Of a stretch of 64,000 bases of DNA, positions 1 to 10,319 are shown in pieces; positions within the stretch are counted from its first letter, which is position 1; every line of letters begins with the position of its first letter. The translations under genes and the position numbers were made by a program. The notes under the pieces were generated by a model. The model did not search any database. It was not told the origin of the DNA and saw only the letters and a program-made list of their open reading frames with translations. Source of the DNA: an uncultured Candidatus Saccharibacteria bacterium (GTDB lineage: Bacteria > Patescibacteriota > Saccharimonadia > Saccharimonadales > JAUPVS01); contig CAZVKH010000002.1 of NCBI GenBank assembly GCA_964627095.1, positions 23,001 through 87,000 of the forward strand, read 5' to 3'.

Positions 1-183
1 GCCCACGTTCTCAATTCAGCTACTGGCAAAGATCACGAAATGTTTGGTTGGCGTAACAGAGATGACGTAGCGGCGGTTAGAGAGCACGGTTTGGCAATCA
101 TCGCCGCCGGAGATGTTCTCGCTAGCTTAGATGCGGCTACATTGGATACTTATGCCGCCATTGATCCACCGGTGGTGCATTAG
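1..183 (+). CDS. C-terminal 60 codons of an unidentified gene cut by the window edge
   Basis: Frame 1 is open from nt 1 to TAG 181-183 (...AAIDPPVVH*); no family recognised. Confidence 0.3.
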   Translation, partial: AHVLNSATGKDHEMFGWRNRDDVAAVREHGLAIIAAGDVLASLDAATLDTYAAIDPPVVH

Positions 184-237
184 GCCACACTCGGTAGTCG
201 ATTTTTTACTATCAGCCGCGATAGACCGTAGAAACTT

Positions 238-246
238 TGCTATAAT
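238..246 (+). promoter_or_regulatory. extended -10 promoter element TGcTATAAT
   Basis: tttgcTATAAT upstream of ATG 302; the same TGCTATA(A/G)T core recurs at 34422, 37498 and 38658. Confidence 0.4.
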
Positions 247-301
247 CCAGCCAACCACAAGCAACATAGACAAACGTTGTAATTAATATATACTGATTTA
301 C

Positions 302-1129
302 ATGTATAAAAAACAAAAACTCAATCAAGCTGGCTTCGCGCATATCATTATTTTTGTCATAGGACTTATAGTATTCGGCTTGGCTGGCTACACTACCTTT
401 CGAATCATTCAGTCCAAAAATTCTACCTACACAGCCACCAATAGTGAAGCCAAAGCCAATGCCAGCTCGGTTAAGATCAAAAGTATGCCGATCGAGATTG
501 ATAAATACGACCCGACCACTGGCAAGGCTGGTGAAATGGTGTTCCCAGCCGAAGCTTTTGATAAGGGTGTGCCAGACCTAATTTTTATGGGCTATGGTTA
601 CGTCGTGCCAGCCGAGCTAACTCCAAACAAGCAGGCAAAGTCTAACCCGCAACCAACTTTTATTGCGCCAGTTGGCACCAAGGTGCGCGCCTTAATCGAT
701 GGCGAAGTCATTGCCACGCCATCCCTTTATAGCAAAGACTACTCAATCCATATGAAGGGTGAGGGCAGCGACCTGATATTCGAAACCGAGCACGTCATGA
801 ATCTAAAAGTTAAGGTAGGCGACAAAGTCAAAGCCGGTACCGTGATTGCCGAAGTCAGCGACTATAGCACTCGGGGCTACGCCGGACTAGGCTTAGTCGA
901 GATTGGCGTCCTAAAGGGCGGCAACCCACCGGCTCACATTTGTACCTTTGACTTTCTTGACGACTCAATTAAAACCAGTGTTCAGAATAAACTTACCCAG
1001 TTAGAAAAAGACTGGGAAGAATTCCGGGGCAAGCCTGACCTATATGGCAATGAAGCCACGCCCGGCTGCGTCAACCGTGATGTAATTACCGACAACAACA
1101 ATTCGCAAACCGGTACTACCAATAACTAG
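302..1129 (+). CDS. membrane-anchored protein with degenerate M23/LytM-like barrel domain
   Basis: N-terminal TM helix. Segment GTKVRALIDGEV...EHVMNLKVKVGDKVKAGTVIAEV resembles the M23 core but lacks the HxH metal ligands. Paralog of 44597-45373. Confidence 0.4.
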   Translation: MYKKQKLNQAGFAHIIIFVIGLIVFGLAGYTTFRIIQSKNSTYTATNSEAKANASSVKIKSMPIEIDKYDPTTGKAGEMVFPAEAFDKGVPDLIFMGYGYVVPAELTPNKQAKSNPQPTFIAPVGTKVRALIDGEVIATPSLYSKDYSIHMKGEGSDLIFETEHVMNLKVKVGDKVKAGTVIAEVSDYSTRGYAGLGLVEIGVLKGGNPPAHICTFDFLDDSIKTSVQNKLTQLEKDWEEFRGKPDLYGNEATPGCVNRDVITDNNNSQTGTTNN

Positions 1130-1185
1130 CCACAAGATTAACCCTTATGCTTGCGTATTAAAAGTGATTGTAGGAATATAAAGTT

Positions 1186-1626
1186 ATGTCCGAACACGCT
1201 TTTACACCCAGACACGATACAGTTCCTTATTATCTTGGCCTAAGGCTTATTAGTGGGGCTGCCGCACAGGCACTTTTGATGGCTAAATTCGGTATTGCGT
1301 TAAAGGAAACTGATGCTTTAGCACTACGCCAGACAGCCGCCTTAATTGACCCAGCGACTCCTGATACTATCGACACCGGAGTCGATCGACGCGAACCAGC
1401 ACTAATGGTTAGCGACGCTACTCTGGCTCTAGGCAGGGCAGCCATAGAAAGTGACGATATCCCAGGCACCTTAGGTGAAACAGCCGCCACATTAGCTGCT
1501 GTGGCGGGTGGTAAAACTGTTGATCAGGCATCCCTTGATATGGCTAACGACGTCGTAAGAGCAATTCATGATACAGCAGCCTGGCGCCGCGCACTCGAGC
1601 AGCAAAATCCATTCTCTGAACTCTGA
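1186..1626 (+). CDS. hypothetical protein (Ala-rich, 146 aa)
   Basis: Long ORF that fits the intergenic spacing; no motif recognised. Confidence 0.4.
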   Translation: MSEHAFTPRHDTVPYYLGLRLISGAAAQALLMAKFGIALKETDALALRQTAALIDPATPDTIDTGVDRREPALMVSDATLALGRAAIESDDIPGTLGETAATLAAVAGGKTVDQASLDMANDVVRAIHDTAAWRRALEQQNPFSEL

Positions 1627-1631
1627 TATTT

Positions 1632-2228
1632 CTACAGCCCTAGAACTTTCTTAAAATCTCCTACACCGGTAAAAAGGTGGGCGGTGATTCCGGCTTGTTT
1701 GGCCGAATCAACTTTAGACTGACTGTCGTCAAAGAAAATAACGTCAGCTGGCGAAGCAACTGCGTGCTTGGATGCGAGTTCATTTAGTATGTATGTAAAG
1801 AATTCAGGTTGTGATTTTCTATGGCCGATCTCCGCCGTAATAAAGTAGCCATCGAACAAGTCCTTAAACATAACATCGCGCATGTAGTTGCCGCGATACT
1901 TTTCTTGCTCGGTTGCCAGGTAGCAAGGGTTGCCTTTGGCACGGAGTGTTTTTACTATTTCAACCATTTCATTATTCTTTATATTCTCGCTATCGAACCA
2001 GTATTTAAGCAGCTCATCTGGGGTTCCACTCCATTGCCACAGGTTTGGATTTTTGCTGATATGTTCTTTTAGGTCACGCTTCCCAACTACAAAATCTTCC
2101 CACTCGGTCTTAAAGAACAGTTCAAATGGAGCAATATCCAAGCCGTGCGACCTAGTATAAACAACCGAAAAAACTTCTTCTGGCAATGTTAACACGCCAT
2201 CGGCATCGAACAGTAATACTTTGCTCAT
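1632..2228 (-). CDS. HAD-superfamily hydrolase
   Basis: N-terminal motif I LLFDADGVL and C-terminal FFDDS motif, both typical of HAD phosphatases. Confidence 0.75.
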   Translation of the reverse strand: MSKVLLFDADGVLTLPEEVFSVVYTRSHGLDIAPFELFFKTEWEDFVVGKRDLKEHISKNPNLWQWSGTPDELLKYWFDSENIKNNEMVEIVKTLRAKGNPCYLATEQEKYRGNYMRDVMFKDLFDGYFITAEIGHRKSQPEFFTYILNELASKHAVASPADVIFFDDSQSKVDSAKQAGITAHLFTGVGDFKKVLGL

Positions 2229-2429
2229 AGTTGCTCCTTTTCCACTACCAGTGATTATAACTTAAATTTAGAGTATACTTGACCTTCTTTACCCAACAGT
2301 AGGCGAACTAAAGGTCACGGTTATTATTGATGAGGTGGTTTACGACTAACGCCAAACCAACCGACGGTTGGCTAGAAAATACCATCCTTTTTATGGTATG
2401 ATACGACCAAAGGTGGGAGAAGGGTATGC

Positions 2430-5114
2430 ATGGCTTCGGGGGATTTCGATTTAGCTGAAGAAATTGGTCGCCATGGTGACTGGCAAGCGGCTGTTGGCGT
2501 AATTCATGACGACCATGAGTATAGTTTAGTACGCGAAGGTGATTCGGTTGAGCGGATCGGCGACCCCAATCTACCCATTTACCCACACCTAGATCAAATA
2601 ACAGAAACGGTTGAGTACAACCCTGTAACTTTTCTAGAAGCCGAAATGGGGGTAGGTAAAAGCACACAAGTGCCACCGGCTTTATGGCAAACTGGGCTTT
2701 ACGATAGAGTAGTAATATGTCAGCCCCGACGGATTGCAGCCGAGGGTGTGGCGACTTATATGCGCGCAATGGTCAGCGTTGTTTATGGTGAGCAGGGTGC
2801 AAGAGATATAGTAAGTTTTCAGACAGCTGGTGAGCTGGACGGACTAAGAGATGCACCGATTAGCGTTGAAACAGATGGATTACGCCTTGTTAAGGAGTTT
2901 CACCAGACCGGAGTAACCGGCCGCGATGTGTTAATTATTGATGAAGCCCATGAGGCAAATTCTAACATGGTCATGTTGATGGCTTGGGTTAAAGGGGTCC
3001 TCCGAGAGAGGCCCGATATGAGATTATTAATTATGAGCGGGTATATGGATTCTGCTCAGCTGGCTGATTACTATGAGGAAGTTCTTGATCGGCGTCCGCC
3101 CATACTAAGAATACCAGGACGTAACTATCATGTTGAAATGGTTGAGAACCCTAAATCAAGAGTCGTAGATTCTGTTTTGAGAATTATTTCAAAAATACCA
3201 GATGAGGAAGGGGAGTTACCGCCAGAATCTACCGGCATACTAGTATTCCTACCGGGAAAGAGGCAAATTAGAGATGTTGCCGAAGAGATATTCAAGAAAC
3301 TACCAGAAAGAATCAAAGATGATGTCGTTGTGGTTCCTTTGCACGCAAAGCTATCCAAAGAAGAACAGGACAAAGCTCTTTGCCGATACGAAGGAAAGAT
3401 AAAAGTTGTTCTAGCGACAAACATTGCTCAAACAAGTGTCACTATCGAAGACATTAGATACGTCGTTGATGGCGGAACATCTCGACTAAAAGATATAGAC
3501 AGTGAAGGCACGCCACGATTGTTATTGGCTCCAGTTTCTTTGGCCGACATAAAACAACGTGCCGGACGAACGGGCCGGGTGGCTGACGGCTATTACGAAC
3601 TGGTGGCTATGGATAAGCACACTCCATTTACCAGCATCAAAGACAGGCCAAGGTTTCTCCCGTCAGAAATAAGCCGAACTGAAATTTCGCGCAACATGCT
3701 TCGTTTAAAGGCTTTGGGCATAGAAGTTGCTGATTTCAATCTTCCTCTAGACGAGGTAGCCGACCATACAATAGATTTAGCAGATCATACTTTGCGTTTG
3801 CTGGGGGCGATAGATGATCAAGGTAAAATCACCCGCATTGGCTTAGAAATGGAGCACTACCCACTGAGCACACCATCGGCCCGAATTATGGTCGAAGCCC
3901 ATCGCTACAAAGAGGATACCAAAGCTTGTTTAGCGGCAATCGTGGCAGCCGTAGAGGCCGGCGGTTTGAAATATACCGGCTATGGTTCCGGCCAAAGATG
4001 GAAGGAGCTAACCGGCGAAAGTTCTTCTGACTTACTAGCCCAACTAGACTTATTCATTGCAGCTCAGAATATGACTCCTAGAGAAATGAAGGAGTACGAT
4101 CTGGACATTGATAATATTAAACGTGCTCGTGAAACCTACTATAAAGTTACTCGTTTGGCTGGCGTAGCCGAGACAGTTTTAGAAAAGCCATCAGACCTTA
4201 CCAGAGAAGACATTAAGGACTGTGTTTGTGTCGGTTACGTAAACTCGATTTATAGACACGTTGGTGAAGGAAAATACGTTCAAGCAGTTAGGCAGTTACC
4301 AACTCCCAGGACTCTAAGTAAAACTAGTGTTGTTAGCACAATTGGTGGTGCGCCAGATTGGGTACTAGGCGCTCCATATGCAATTGAGCCTTCTGACGGA
4401 AGCGAGATAAAACACTTTATAGAAAACGTTACCGTTGTTACTAGGGCAAGGCTCGGTAGAATTGCAGCTGGTAGCGTTGTTCAGTTGTCCGAGGGATATC
4501 TTATGCGAACCGACGAAGGAACTTTTGTGGAACAGCTTCGGCACAAGCTGTTTGGCATTGACCTGGGCGTGGTCGAAGAGCGCACACCCGAACCGTCACC
4601 GGCTTTGCGGCATGCCATAATTGAGCACGTCCTTAGTAACCCCGGCAGTGCTCAAAAGGAGCTCAGGGGCATAAAAAAAGAATTGGAGCATTTGAGTCGA
4701 ATTGCCAAGGATCACGTTCCCAAGCTAACCCACGACCAAATTCTTGCCCTAATTAATGAAGCCGCCCCAGCCGATGTAACTCATCCGGCCGAGGTCGAAG
4801 ATAACTTGCGCGCTATGTTGCACGATCCTGAACGGAAACTGTCGCTCGATGATTTTGTGCCTCCACATAGAAGGGAACAGATTGTTGCTGACGCCCCAGA
4901 AGTTATAGAAGTTGCCGGTGGACGGATTCAACTTAAATACCAAAAGGGTGGGCCAATCGCCTCCCACTTTAGTGACGCCCACATCATGTCGTTAGACGAC
5001 GATGTCTTATTACCCGACGGCCGACCGGTTATGTTTAGCTACCCCGGTGACAAAAAGAAGTATACTTTGCACGAGATCCAAGAGAAGATCCGAAGTGAAT
5101 CCGGCTTAGCATAA
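2430..5114 (+). CDS. DEAH-box ATP-dependent helicase, HrpA/HrpB-like
   Basis: Helicase motifs GVGKSTQVP (I), IIDEAHE (II), ATNIAQTSVTIEDIRYVVDGG (V), QRAGRTGR (VI). SD ggtgggaga lies upstream. Confidence 0.85.
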   Translation: MASGDFDLAEEIGRHGDWQAAVGVIHDDHEYSLVREGDSVERIGDPNLPIYPHLDQITETVEYNPVTFLEAEMGVGKSTQVPPALWQTGLYDRVVICQPRRIAAEGVATYMRAMVSVVYGEQGARDIVSFQTAGELDGLRDAPISVETDGLRLVKEFHQTGVTGRDVLIIDEAHEANSNMVMLMAWVKGVLRERPDMRLLIMSGYMDSAQLADYYEEVLDRRPPILRIPGRNYHVEMVENPKSRVVDSVLRIISKIPDEEGELPPESTGILVFLPGKRQIRDVAEEIFKKLPERIKDDVVVVPLHAKLSKEEQDKALCRYEGKIKVVLATNIAQTSVTIEDIRYVVDGGTSRLKDIDSEGTPRLLLAPVSLADIKQRAGRTGRVADGYYELVAMDKHTPFTSIKDRPRFLPSEISRTEISRNMLRLKALGIEVADFNLPLDEVADHTIDLADHTLRLLGAIDDQGKITRIGLEMEHYPLSTPSARIMVEAHRYKEDTKACLAAIVAAVEAGGLKYTGYGSGQRWKELTGESSSDLLAQLDLFIAAQNMTPREMKEYDLDIDNIKRARETYYKVTRLAGVAETVLEKPSDLTREDIKDCVCVGYVNSIYRHVGEGKYVQAVRQLPTPRTLSKTSVVSTIGGAPDWVLGAPYAIEPSDGSEIKHFIENVTVVTRARLGRIAAGSVVQLSEGYLMRTDEGTFVEQLRHKLFGIDLGVVEERTPEPSPALRHAIIEHVLSNPGSAQKELRGIKKELEHLSRIAKDHVPKLTHDQILALINEAAPADVTHPAEVEDNLRAMLHDPERKLSLDDFVPPHRREQIVADAPEVIEVAGGRIQLKYQKGGPIASHFSDAHIMSLDDDVLLPDGRPVMFSYPGDKKKYTLHEIQEKIRSESGLA

Positions 5115-5136
5115 GCACTTTGCTATACTAAGGCTA

Positions 5137-6159
5137 ATGAAGCGCAAAACTGTACTGCTCTGGATAGCCGGTGTTATGGCCGGGCTACTTGTGATTACGG
5201 CCTTCTTGTTTAAGATCAGCCCATTTCCCGGTGCCATGGTGATTCGAGCCGTATTTACTATGAACGGCTCCAAGTCACACAAACGCTTGCTGCCGTTTGA
5301 ACCGAGTGCCGCCGTAACGGCTGTCACCAATCAGCAATACCAGACTGGCAATAAAGACGCCTTATTAGACGTTTACTACCCTAAAAGTATCGAAGGTACC
5401 AAACAGCAGTTGCCGGTGATTATTTGGACACATGGTGGAGCCTGGCTGGCCGGTAACAAACGTGACGCTGCGCCTTACTACCAGCTATTAGCCGCCCGCG
5501 GCTATGTAGTAGTTGCGCCCAACTATTCTTTGGCACCCGGTAGTCGCTATCCTAAACCGGTGCACGAGCTTAATGACGCCCATGCCTACGTGCTGGCCAA
5601 CGCTCAAAAGTTTTATGCCGATACCAGCAAGATTATCTTGGCCGGCGACTCGGCCGGCGCCCAGCTGTCTAGCCAGATGGCGGCGCTAATTACTAATTCG
5701 GCCTACGCTAACGAAGTTGGTATACAGCCCGCTCTACTGCCACAACAACTAAAGGGCGTGGTCTTGAACTGCGGAATATACCAAATGGAAGGCTTGACGC
5801 AGCCTAACCCAACCCTGCCTAAAATTGTTGGTTGGGGCGAAGATGTTTCGGTTTGGGCCTATGCTGGTACTAAGGACGGCAACGACCCGATAATTAAGCA
5901 GATGTCGGCCTACTATCACGTTACTAAAGATTTTCCACCGACTTATATAAGCGGTGGTAACGCCGATCCACTTACGAAGGTTCAGTCGATGCCGTTTGCT
6001 AGCAAGCTCGAGTCTTTGGGTGTTCCAGTTACGGCACTATTTTATGCCGACGATCACAAACCGGCACTGCCGCACGAGTATCAGTTCAACCTGACCAACC
6101 AAGACGGCCAGAACGCCCTCGAAGCCACAGTCAACTTTATAGCTGATCGAACCCGCTAA
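5137..6159 (+). CDS. alpha/beta hydrolase (esterase/lipase, HSL-like) with N-terminal membrane anchor
   Basis: Oxyanion HGGAW motif and nucleophile elbow GDSAG. Confidence 0.8.
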   Translation: MKRKTVLLWIAGVMAGLLVITAFLFKISPFPGAMVIRAVFTMNGSKSHKRLLPFEPSAAVTAVTNQQYQTGNKDALLDVYYPKSIEGTKQQLPVIIWTHGGAWLAGNKRDAAPYYQLLAARGYVVVAPNYSLAPGSRYPKPVHELNDAHAYVLANAQKFYADTSKIILAGDSAGAQLSSQMAALITNSAYANEVGIQPALLPQQLKGVVLNCGIYQMEGLTQPNPTLPKIVGWGEDVSVWAYAGTKDGNDPIIKQMSAYYHVTKDFPPTYISGGNADPLTKVQSMPFASKLESLGVPVTALFYADDHKPALPHEYQFNLTNQDGQNALEATVNFIADRTR

Positions 6160-6160
6160 G

Positions 6161-6622
6161 CTATTTGACGAATATCCACCAGTAACCAAACACGTAGGCG
6201 CCACTGACAAAAAACACTCCAGTCAGCATCCAGCGTTTATAAATATGTTTATCAAGACCAAGGACATAAACGGCTGCCGTCGAAACCAGTACGCCCGGAA
6301 AGATTGGGCAGAATAAACCAAAGACTCTAATACCATGCTTATTAATAAAGCCACTGGCTTTAGCCACATTTTTATTATCTTGCCCCTGGTCAAAAGTCGT
6401 GACAATCTTTTTACCAACTCGTCGTTTACTAACGCGGTCTTTGAAACGCTGGTTAGTAATGCGTTCGCCGATAACAATCACTACGATAGCTGATATGAGC
6501 GAGCCAAGGGCATTGCCAGACCAGACTACAAACGGATTGGTGTTAATAGTAAAACTAACCGGTATCGAGGCGCTGCCGATTGTTATGCAGAGGAAGGCGA
6601 TTTTTAGTATTTGGGCGAACAT
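6161..6622 (-). CDS. small multi-pass membrane protein
   Basis: Hydrophobic segments throughout. Start moved to internal ATG (MFAQILK...) to remove the overlap with the 6704 ORF. Confidence 0.5.
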   Translation of the reverse strand: MFAQILKIAFLCITIGSASIPVSFTINTNPFVVWSGNALGSLISAIVVIVIGERITNQRFKDRVSKRRVGKKIVTTFDQGQDNKNVAKASGFINKHGIRVFGLFCPIFPGVLVSTAAVYVLGLDKHIYKRWMLTGVFFVSGAYVFGYWWIFVK

Positions 6623-6703
6623 TGTCAATATTGTAGCGCACCCGTTTAAGAAAAAGTTAATTATTTTTGCTTTTGTATGTAACGGGAGACTACAATTGTA
6701 AGC

Positions 6704-6958
6704 ATGAACGAGAAGCAACTACGGAATATACTGAACCAAGAACTGGCCCACTTTTTCGGTAGTTTAAACATTCATTTTAATACAAGGTTTGATGTAATTG
6801 AGCGGGAATTAAAGCGTAAGGCCGACAGCGAACGGGTGTATAGCCAGCTTGATGGTATTGCGGCTCGGATTGAAGATAACTCAGTAGAGTATGCCGCCCT
6901 ATCTCATCAGGTCGATAGGCATGAACGCCAAATCAGAAAGATTACTCAGCAAGCCTGA
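6704..6958 (+). CDS. hypothetical small helical protein
   Basis: 84-aa ORF filling the gap between flanking genes; no motif. Confidence 0.35.
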   Translation: MNEKQLRNILNQELAHFFGSLNIHFNTRFDVIERELKRKADSERVYSQLDGIAARIEDNSVEYAALSHQVDRHERQIRKITQQA

Positions 6959-6963
6959 ATGTT

Positions 6964-8625
6964 CTAGCCGTCGATTTGTATGGTTTCGCCACCTAGCTTA
7001 TTAGCAAAGAAGCTATCGTGCGAAATGTAGATGATGGCACCGTGGTAGGTTTTCATAGCGTTTTCGAGCTCTTCAATGCTTGGCAAATCAAGGTGGTTGG
7101 TTGGTTCGTCCAGTATAAGAATGTGTGGGTCATCGACTAGCATCGCAATAAGTTGCAGCCGCGCCTTTTGACCACCACTAAGTTGCTTAACCTGCATCTG
7201 CCCGTCGGAGGCCGGATTAAACAGATAGTCACTTAGCAGTTGTTTAACTTTTTGTGGGCTAATTGGTAACTTCTTTTCATCGAGGATTTGTTCAATGGCG
7301 TCATTGAGCGTCATGGTTAAGAAGCGCGGGTTCATATCTTGTTCGTACAGGCCAATCTTAATTTCTTTTTCAACCTCAATTGTCCCGGTAAAGCATTCCG
7401 AAGCCAAAGGTTCACCAGTTACTTGCGACATAATCGCTTGCACTAGGGTTGACTTACCGGCACCATTGCGACCATGAAGGCGAATCCGTTCGCCTTCGCG
7501 GACGATAAAGCTAATATCGCTAAACAATGGCTTGCCGTCGTAACCAAGGCTAACTTGACTGGCCTGAACTAACATCCGGCTGCCCCCGACGTCTTCCTTA
7601 GTCCGGGCGGTGACTTTGATGTTCTTGGTTTTGTGTTTGTCGTAAGAGGCAGTTAGTTTGTCGTTCATGGCGCTAGCCGATTCTTGGTCGATCCAGAACG
7701 AGGGCTTAACGGTTCCGCGCAGCTGTTTAATTTCGGCGAGGGCCTTAAGTTCTTGTGACTTAAAACGCCTGATTGTTCCGGGAGTGCGAGCTTTCTCTTT
7801 AAGGCGTCGGAAGCGGATGACATCTTCTTCTAGGTTGGTAATACGCCGTTGTGACAGTTCGTATTCGTTTACCTGGTTGGTTACCTGGTTGGTGTTGTTC
7901 TTAAGGTAGGCCTCGTAGTTACCACGAAAGCTGTAGCAGCGACCGTCGCGAATTTCGATAATCCGATCCACCGTGCTTAAAACATCACGGTCGTGGGTGA
8001 TTACCAAGACAGCTTCTTTGGCAGCGCGCAGCCACTTGGTAAAGGCGGCCTTGGCGACGTAGTCCATGTGGTTAGTCGGCTCATCGATTAGGGCAATGTG
8101 TCCGCGGCTACGCTGCACTTTAATAAGCTCAATCATACGTTTCTGACCACCACTCAGGCTGCCGACTGGTTGGTGCATCTTGGCTGGGTCAATCTGGTAG
8201 CTGTCAAAAGCCTGTTTAATCTCGTCTTCTATCTGGTAGTAGTCTAGTTCTCCAAAACGTTCTAGCGCGTCCGAAAATTCTTGCAACTTGCGGGGGTTGC
8301 TGCCCATGGTTTGCGGGTAGGTGTCGATGACGTGGGTCAGGTGGGCATATTCGGGCAGGTCACCTTGGATGTATTCCAGAACGGTTTTAGCTTCGTGGCC
8401 ATAGTGTTCCTGGCGGCTGCTAATAACCACGGCACCTTTCTTTACAACAACTTCGCCGGCCATGTCGGTATCTTCGCCGGTAATAATATGCAATAAAGTC
8501 GATTTGCCGGTGCCGTTACGACCAATTAAGCCAACTTTTTCGCCGTCTTGAATTTCAAAATTAAGGTCGTGGTAAAGAACTTTGTTGCCAAAGGATTTTT
8601 CGGTGATGTCAACGGATAGGATCAT
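6964..8625 (-). CDS. ABC-F family ATPase (two ABC domains, no TM domain)
   Basis: Two Walker A sites (GRNGTGKST, GRNGAGKST) and two signatures (LSGGQKRM, LSGGQKARL) joined by a charged linker. Confidence 0.85.
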   Translation of the reverse strand: MILSVDITEKSFGNKVLYHDLNFEIQDGEKVGLIGRNGTGKSTLLHIITGEDTDMAGEVVVKKGAVVISSRQEHYGHEAKTVLEYIQGDLPEYAHLTHVIDTYPQTMGSNPRKLQEFSDALERFGELDYYQIEDEIKQAFDSYQIDPAKMHQPVGSLSGGQKRMIELIKVQRSRGHIALIDEPTNHMDYVAKAAFTKWLRAAKEAVLVITHDRDVLSTVDRIIEIRDGRCYSFRGNYEAYLKNNTNQVTNQVNEYELSQRRITNLEEDVIRFRRLKEKARTPGTIRRFKSQELKALAEIKQLRGTVKPSFWIDQESASAMNDKLTASYDKHKTKNIKVTARTKEDVGGSRMLVQASQVSLGYDGKPLFSDISFIVREGERIRLHGRNGAGKSTLVQAIMSQVTGEPLASECFTGTIEVEKEIKIGLYEQDMNPRFLTMTLNDAIEQILDEKKLPISPQKVKQLLSDYLFNPASDGQMQVKQLSGGQKARLQLIAMLVDDPHILILDEPTNHLDLPSIEELENAMKTYHGAIIYISHDSFFANKLGGETIQIDG

Positions 8626-8731
8626 AACAGGGTATTATAGGCTACCCCACCCCTAATACCTATTAATAACCGAGGGGCATCTAAGCACCAGCGCTATTGC
8701 ATTAGCTTTAGGTAGCCGTTAGAGTATCTGT

Positions 8732-9412
8732 ATGAATCCGACTGATCCTGTTCACCGCGCACCCGCCGAAGAGCCGACGCCAGAGCCAACAATTGTTACT
8801 CCACCCGAAACAAACGCACCGATGCCGCCGATCGCCCAAGATCCGCATGCTGGCCGTAACAAGATTTTTCGCTGGCTAGGTTGGTTTGGCGGTTTAGTGT
8901 TAATTGGTGGTCTGGTGGTAATGCTTAATCTGTTTATAGCCCAACCGTTTCAGGTTGATGGCGAGTCGATGTCGCCAACTCTAACAACTGGTCAATGGCT
9001 TTACGTGGCTAAAGCACCCAAAACCTGGTCACGCCTGAGTGATGACAAGTACATTCCTAAACGGGGACGGGTGGTGATTGTGGTTAGTCAAGGGTCGGGT
9101 GGCGCTGAACACTTTGTAAAACGCGTCGTTGGCATACCGGGCGACCGTGTTAAGGTGGCTGACGGCAAGATTACCATTTACAACAAAGCCAACCCCAATG
9201 GCTTTAACCCCGATGACAGCGACTGTTGCCGCCAACTATTGGCTACCGCCGGCACAACCGACTTAATTGTGCCCGAAGGCCGGGTATTTGTGGTGGGTGA
9301 TAACCGCGAAGCCGGTGGTTCAATTGACTCGCGTTCTAGCCTGGGTACTATTCCATCCGAAGAAATTACCGGCCAAGTCCTATTCCGCTTTCAACCGTTT
9401 AGAACACTTTAG
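8732..9412 (+). CDS. lepB: signal peptidase I
   Basis: GESMSPTL (catalytic Ser box), KRVVGIPGDRV, GDNREAGGSIDSR; N-terminal TM segment. Confidence 0.85.
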   Translation: MNPTDPVHRAPAEEPTPEPTIVTPPETNAPMPPIAQDPHAGRNKIFRWLGWFGGLVLIGGLVVMLNLFIAQPFQVDGESMSPTLTTGQWLYVAKAPKTWSRLSDDKYIPKRGRVVIVVSQGSGGAEHFVKRVVGIPGDRVKVADGKITIYNKANPNGFNPDDSDCCRQLLATAGTTDLIVPEGRVFVVGDNREAGGSIDSRSSLGTIPSEEITGQVLFRFQPFRTL

Positions 9413-10315
9413 CTAGATGTGTTTGTAGTTATCCAGGCCGTGGTCGGAGCGTTTGATGTGGCGACGATGAACGTAACGGATAATGCCGATTAGTATAATT
9501 GGTAGCAGTAAGAAGATACTCATAATTATTAGGACCTTAACCTCACCGCGCTGTCGGTAAAACCAGCTGCGAATTAGCAGGGTGGCGTCGCTATCGGGGC
9601 CCATGTCGATGGTTTGGGTAGTGGTAAAGGTCTGTCCATCGTTTAAGTAGACGACTCGTTTAACAACTTGCTCGCCGCCAGCCAAGTAGTTGCGGTTAAC
9701 GCGCTCCAGCTCGGGCTTACGATATAAAAATTGGTCGTCACTAAAGTACTCAACTTTGCTGAAGCTAACATTATCGATTGGGCTGGCCTGCTGAACGGTA
9801 ATAAAGTCACCGCGCACCGATACAGTTTTGGGCTGTAGAGCACCCTTTAGGCCTTTATAGGTAACCTCACAGTTGGCAACTGGTTCGCACAAGCCTGGCG
9901 GCACTACCATAACTGTCGCCACAGCAGCGTAGGCGTCGGCTCCAGCATTTTCTCCTTGCACGCTTAATGATCCGGCACCAGTCATACCGGCACCCAAAGT
10001 ACCAATTCGGGTCCAGGTGGCATTTTGAATGGTGGCTGTGCCTAGTTTGTTGCAGCTACTCGGCTCGTAGGTTTCGAAGTAGGCGTCAACTGCGAACTGA
10101 GCGGCCGGTGTACTAGTTTTGGCATACAGGGCGCTTCCCGCCGGTAGACCGTCTACGGCCGCCGAGAACTGGGTCAAGTCAGCTCGACCACATTGCACGG
10201 TCGGCTCTAGTTCTTCGCCCTCGGCCCGAACCGGTTGGGGCAAGTACAAACTACTGGCCAATAGGATTGCCAGTAAAGCTAATGTGGCGGTAAGGCGGGG
10301 AAGTCGGGCGCGCAT
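9413..10315 (-). CDS. secreted protein with signal peptide and C-terminal TM anchor
   Basis: N-terminal signal (LALLAILLASS...VRAEG), C-terminal hydrophobic helix followed by a basic tail. Confidence 0.5.
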   Translation of the reverse strand: MRARLPRLTATLALLAILLASSLYLPQPVRAEGEELEPTVQCGRADLTQFSAAVDGLPAGSALYAKTSTPAAQFAVDAYFETYEPSSCNKLGTATIQNATWTRIGTLGAGMTGAGSLSVQGENAGADAYAAVATVMVVPPGLCEPVANCEVTYKGLKGALQPKTVSVRGDFITVQQASPIDNVSFSKVEYFSDDQFLYRKPELERVNRNYLAGGEQVVKRVVYLNDGQTFTTTQTIDMGPDSDATLLIRSWFYRQRGEVKVLIIMSIFLLLPIILIGIIRYVHRRHIKRSDHGLDNYKHI

Positions 10316-10319
10316 AGAG

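Noticed and set aside
302-420. Possible type IV pilin-like class III signal in the two M23-like paralogs (KLNQAG/FAHIII..., KLDQTG/SHLIAV...)
   Set aside because: The conserved Gly is followed by a hydrophobic helix, but the hallmark +5 Glu and F/M at +1 are missing. I treated it as an ordinary signal anchor.
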